A stretch of 64,000 nucleotides of DNA. Origin: Waddliaceae bacterium. Lineage in GTDB: Bacteria; Chlamydiota; Chlamydiia; Chlamydiales; Waddliaceae. Shown piece after piece: positions 56,362 to 64,000 of this stretch; the first letter of the stretch is position 1, and each line of letters opens with the position of its first letter. A program made the position numbers and the translations under genes. The stretch lies in NCBI GenBank assembly GCA_963724325.1, contig CAVRUH010000011.1, forward strand, positions 33,540 through 97,539, in the 5' to 3' direction. A model generated the notes under the pieces. The model saw nothing but the letters and a program-made list of their open reading frames with translations, ran no database searches and was not told the origin of the DNA.

Positions 56362-56887
56362 ATGAGACAAGAAAAACAACTCCTTTTAGATGAAATCAAA
56401 GATCAAATTGATCAGCATCGGATCCTTTGTCATCATGCAGCTATGCAAGGCTTACTGCCAATACAGCGAATGAATTTCGCCGAGAAGTCGGCAAAGATAG
56501 GCGGAAATGTTGAAGTCGTGCGCAAGCGAGTCTTGATAAAAGCTGCTGAAGCTGCTGGCATTGACACTTGATCTTAAGCATCTGCCAGGTCATATCGGAC
56601 TTGTCTTTGCTAGGACAAGATCCGATTGAAACAACAAAGATTGGTTTTCAAGTTTAGCCAAGACAATGAAAAAGCTGATTGAAGTCATTGGCGGACGATT
56701 TGAAGGTCAGTTGTATACTGGCGCACAGATGTCGAAACGCTTATCGAACTTGCCAGGCAAAGATGAAATGCGTGCTCAATTCTTAGCGTATTCGAAGCTC
56801 CGATGTCTCAAACATTGGCTGTTATGGAAGCCTTCTTGACAAGTGTCGTCTATTGTTTAGACAACAAATGCAAGCAAGAAGAGCTAA
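56362..56887 (+). CDS. rplJ: 50S ribosomal protein L10 (indels)
   Basis: MRQEKQLLLDEI, VVRKRVLIKAA; position between rplA and rplL. Confidence 0.85.
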
Positions 56888-56937
56888 GACAAAATAAATT
56901 TATTAACAGAAGTTTATAGAAATTAAGAGGTAATACC

Positions 56938-57335
56938 GTGAGTAACAAAACAGAAGAACTAGTCGATGCACTGAGCGAATTGACCGTTTTAGAGATGTCT
57001 GAGTTGAAAGACAGCTCTCGAAGATAAGTGGGGCGTAAAAGCCGCTGCTGCTGCTGCTGCAGTTGCTGCAGCTCCTGCTGCTGGCGGCAGCTGCTGCTGC
57101 AGCTGCTGCTGAATCAACTGATTTTCAAGTCACATTGACAGAAGCTCCTGCTGATAAGAAAATCGGCGTCATTAAAGTTGTACGTGAAATCACAGGTCTT
57201 GGCTTAAAAGAAGCAAAAGACCTTGTGGAAGCAGCACCAAAAGTACTTAAAGCAACTGCTCCAAAAGCTGAAGCTGAAGATATCAAGAAGAAACTCGAAG
57301 CAGCTGGCGCAAAAGTCACTCTTAAAGGACTGTAA
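56938..57335 (+). CDS. rplL: 50S ribosomal protein L7/L12 (indels)
   Basis: [32 protein letters not shown]. Confidence 0.95.
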
Positions 57336-57581
57336 ATCGTAACTTTAGATAGCATAAGCTATGGCTGAAATGTTTCTAACGCTATTGAGATTGTACGAAT
57401 TCTTGATAATTGCATCAAATGTTTACTTGGTGCTTTTAATCTGTCATTTGAGATCTCAACATGTGTATTAGACATATTGACTTTGCATAAAGTATCGTAA
57501 ATAATGTTGCTCTAAGCTAATTTTTATGAACCAAGCGAGTCAATTCTTACAGTCAAGTCAAGTTAATAGGAGTCCTTCATA

Positions 57582-61377
<3,796 letters not shown>

Positions 61378-61412
61378 CTAGATTGAGAATAAATTATTTA
61401 TAGGAGACATAC

Positions 61413-63964
<2,552 letters not shown>

Positions 63965-64000
63965 AGCAGTACGGTTGGTAGTCAAGTAAATGGTACATAC
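63965..64000 (-). other. Non-rpoC terminal sequence resembling a noisy nanopore adapter
   Basis: Reverse complement gtatgtacc...cgtactgct resembles the ONT adapter ATGTACTTCGTTCAGTTACGTATTGCT at both ends. Confidence 0.55.

Overview
This window is a chromosomal segment from an environmental member of the phylum Chlamydiae. The assignment is inferred from the murC-ddl fusion, the chlamydial gene order murF-mraY-murD-LysM-ftsW-murG-murC/ddl-ftsQ...cutA-rsbV-miaA...rsfS-fabF-NUDIX-aas-cysS, and the block infA-tRNA-Thr-tuf-tRNA-Trp-secE-nusG-rplKAJL-rpoBC. Positions 1-31 kb are mostly core genes, interrupted by a small accessory block (orphan higA plus an ABC exporter) and several unrelated families of intergenic palindromic short-period repeats. 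A 9.7-kb island is integrated in tRNA-Leu(CAA) at 31093-40818. Its att site lies inside the 3' end of its own large serine recombinase gene. It carries a 1525-aa Mrr-type nuclease/SF2 helicase ending in 13 helicase-associated (HA) repeats with hypervariable positions. A decayed second island of the same family follows it (40804 to about 47.6 kb). Other oddities are a tandem duplication of the nadD 3' end with swapped palindromic cores, a histidine kinase reduced to its DHp domain in front of a sigma-54 activator, and a tRNA-Cys that directly abuts the rsmI start codon. From about 52.5 kb to the end, essential genes contain many single-base indels and the last 36 nt resemble a nanopore adapter, so frameshifts in this window are probably mostly assembly errors. 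All functional calls come from motif recognition by eye; no database searches were run.
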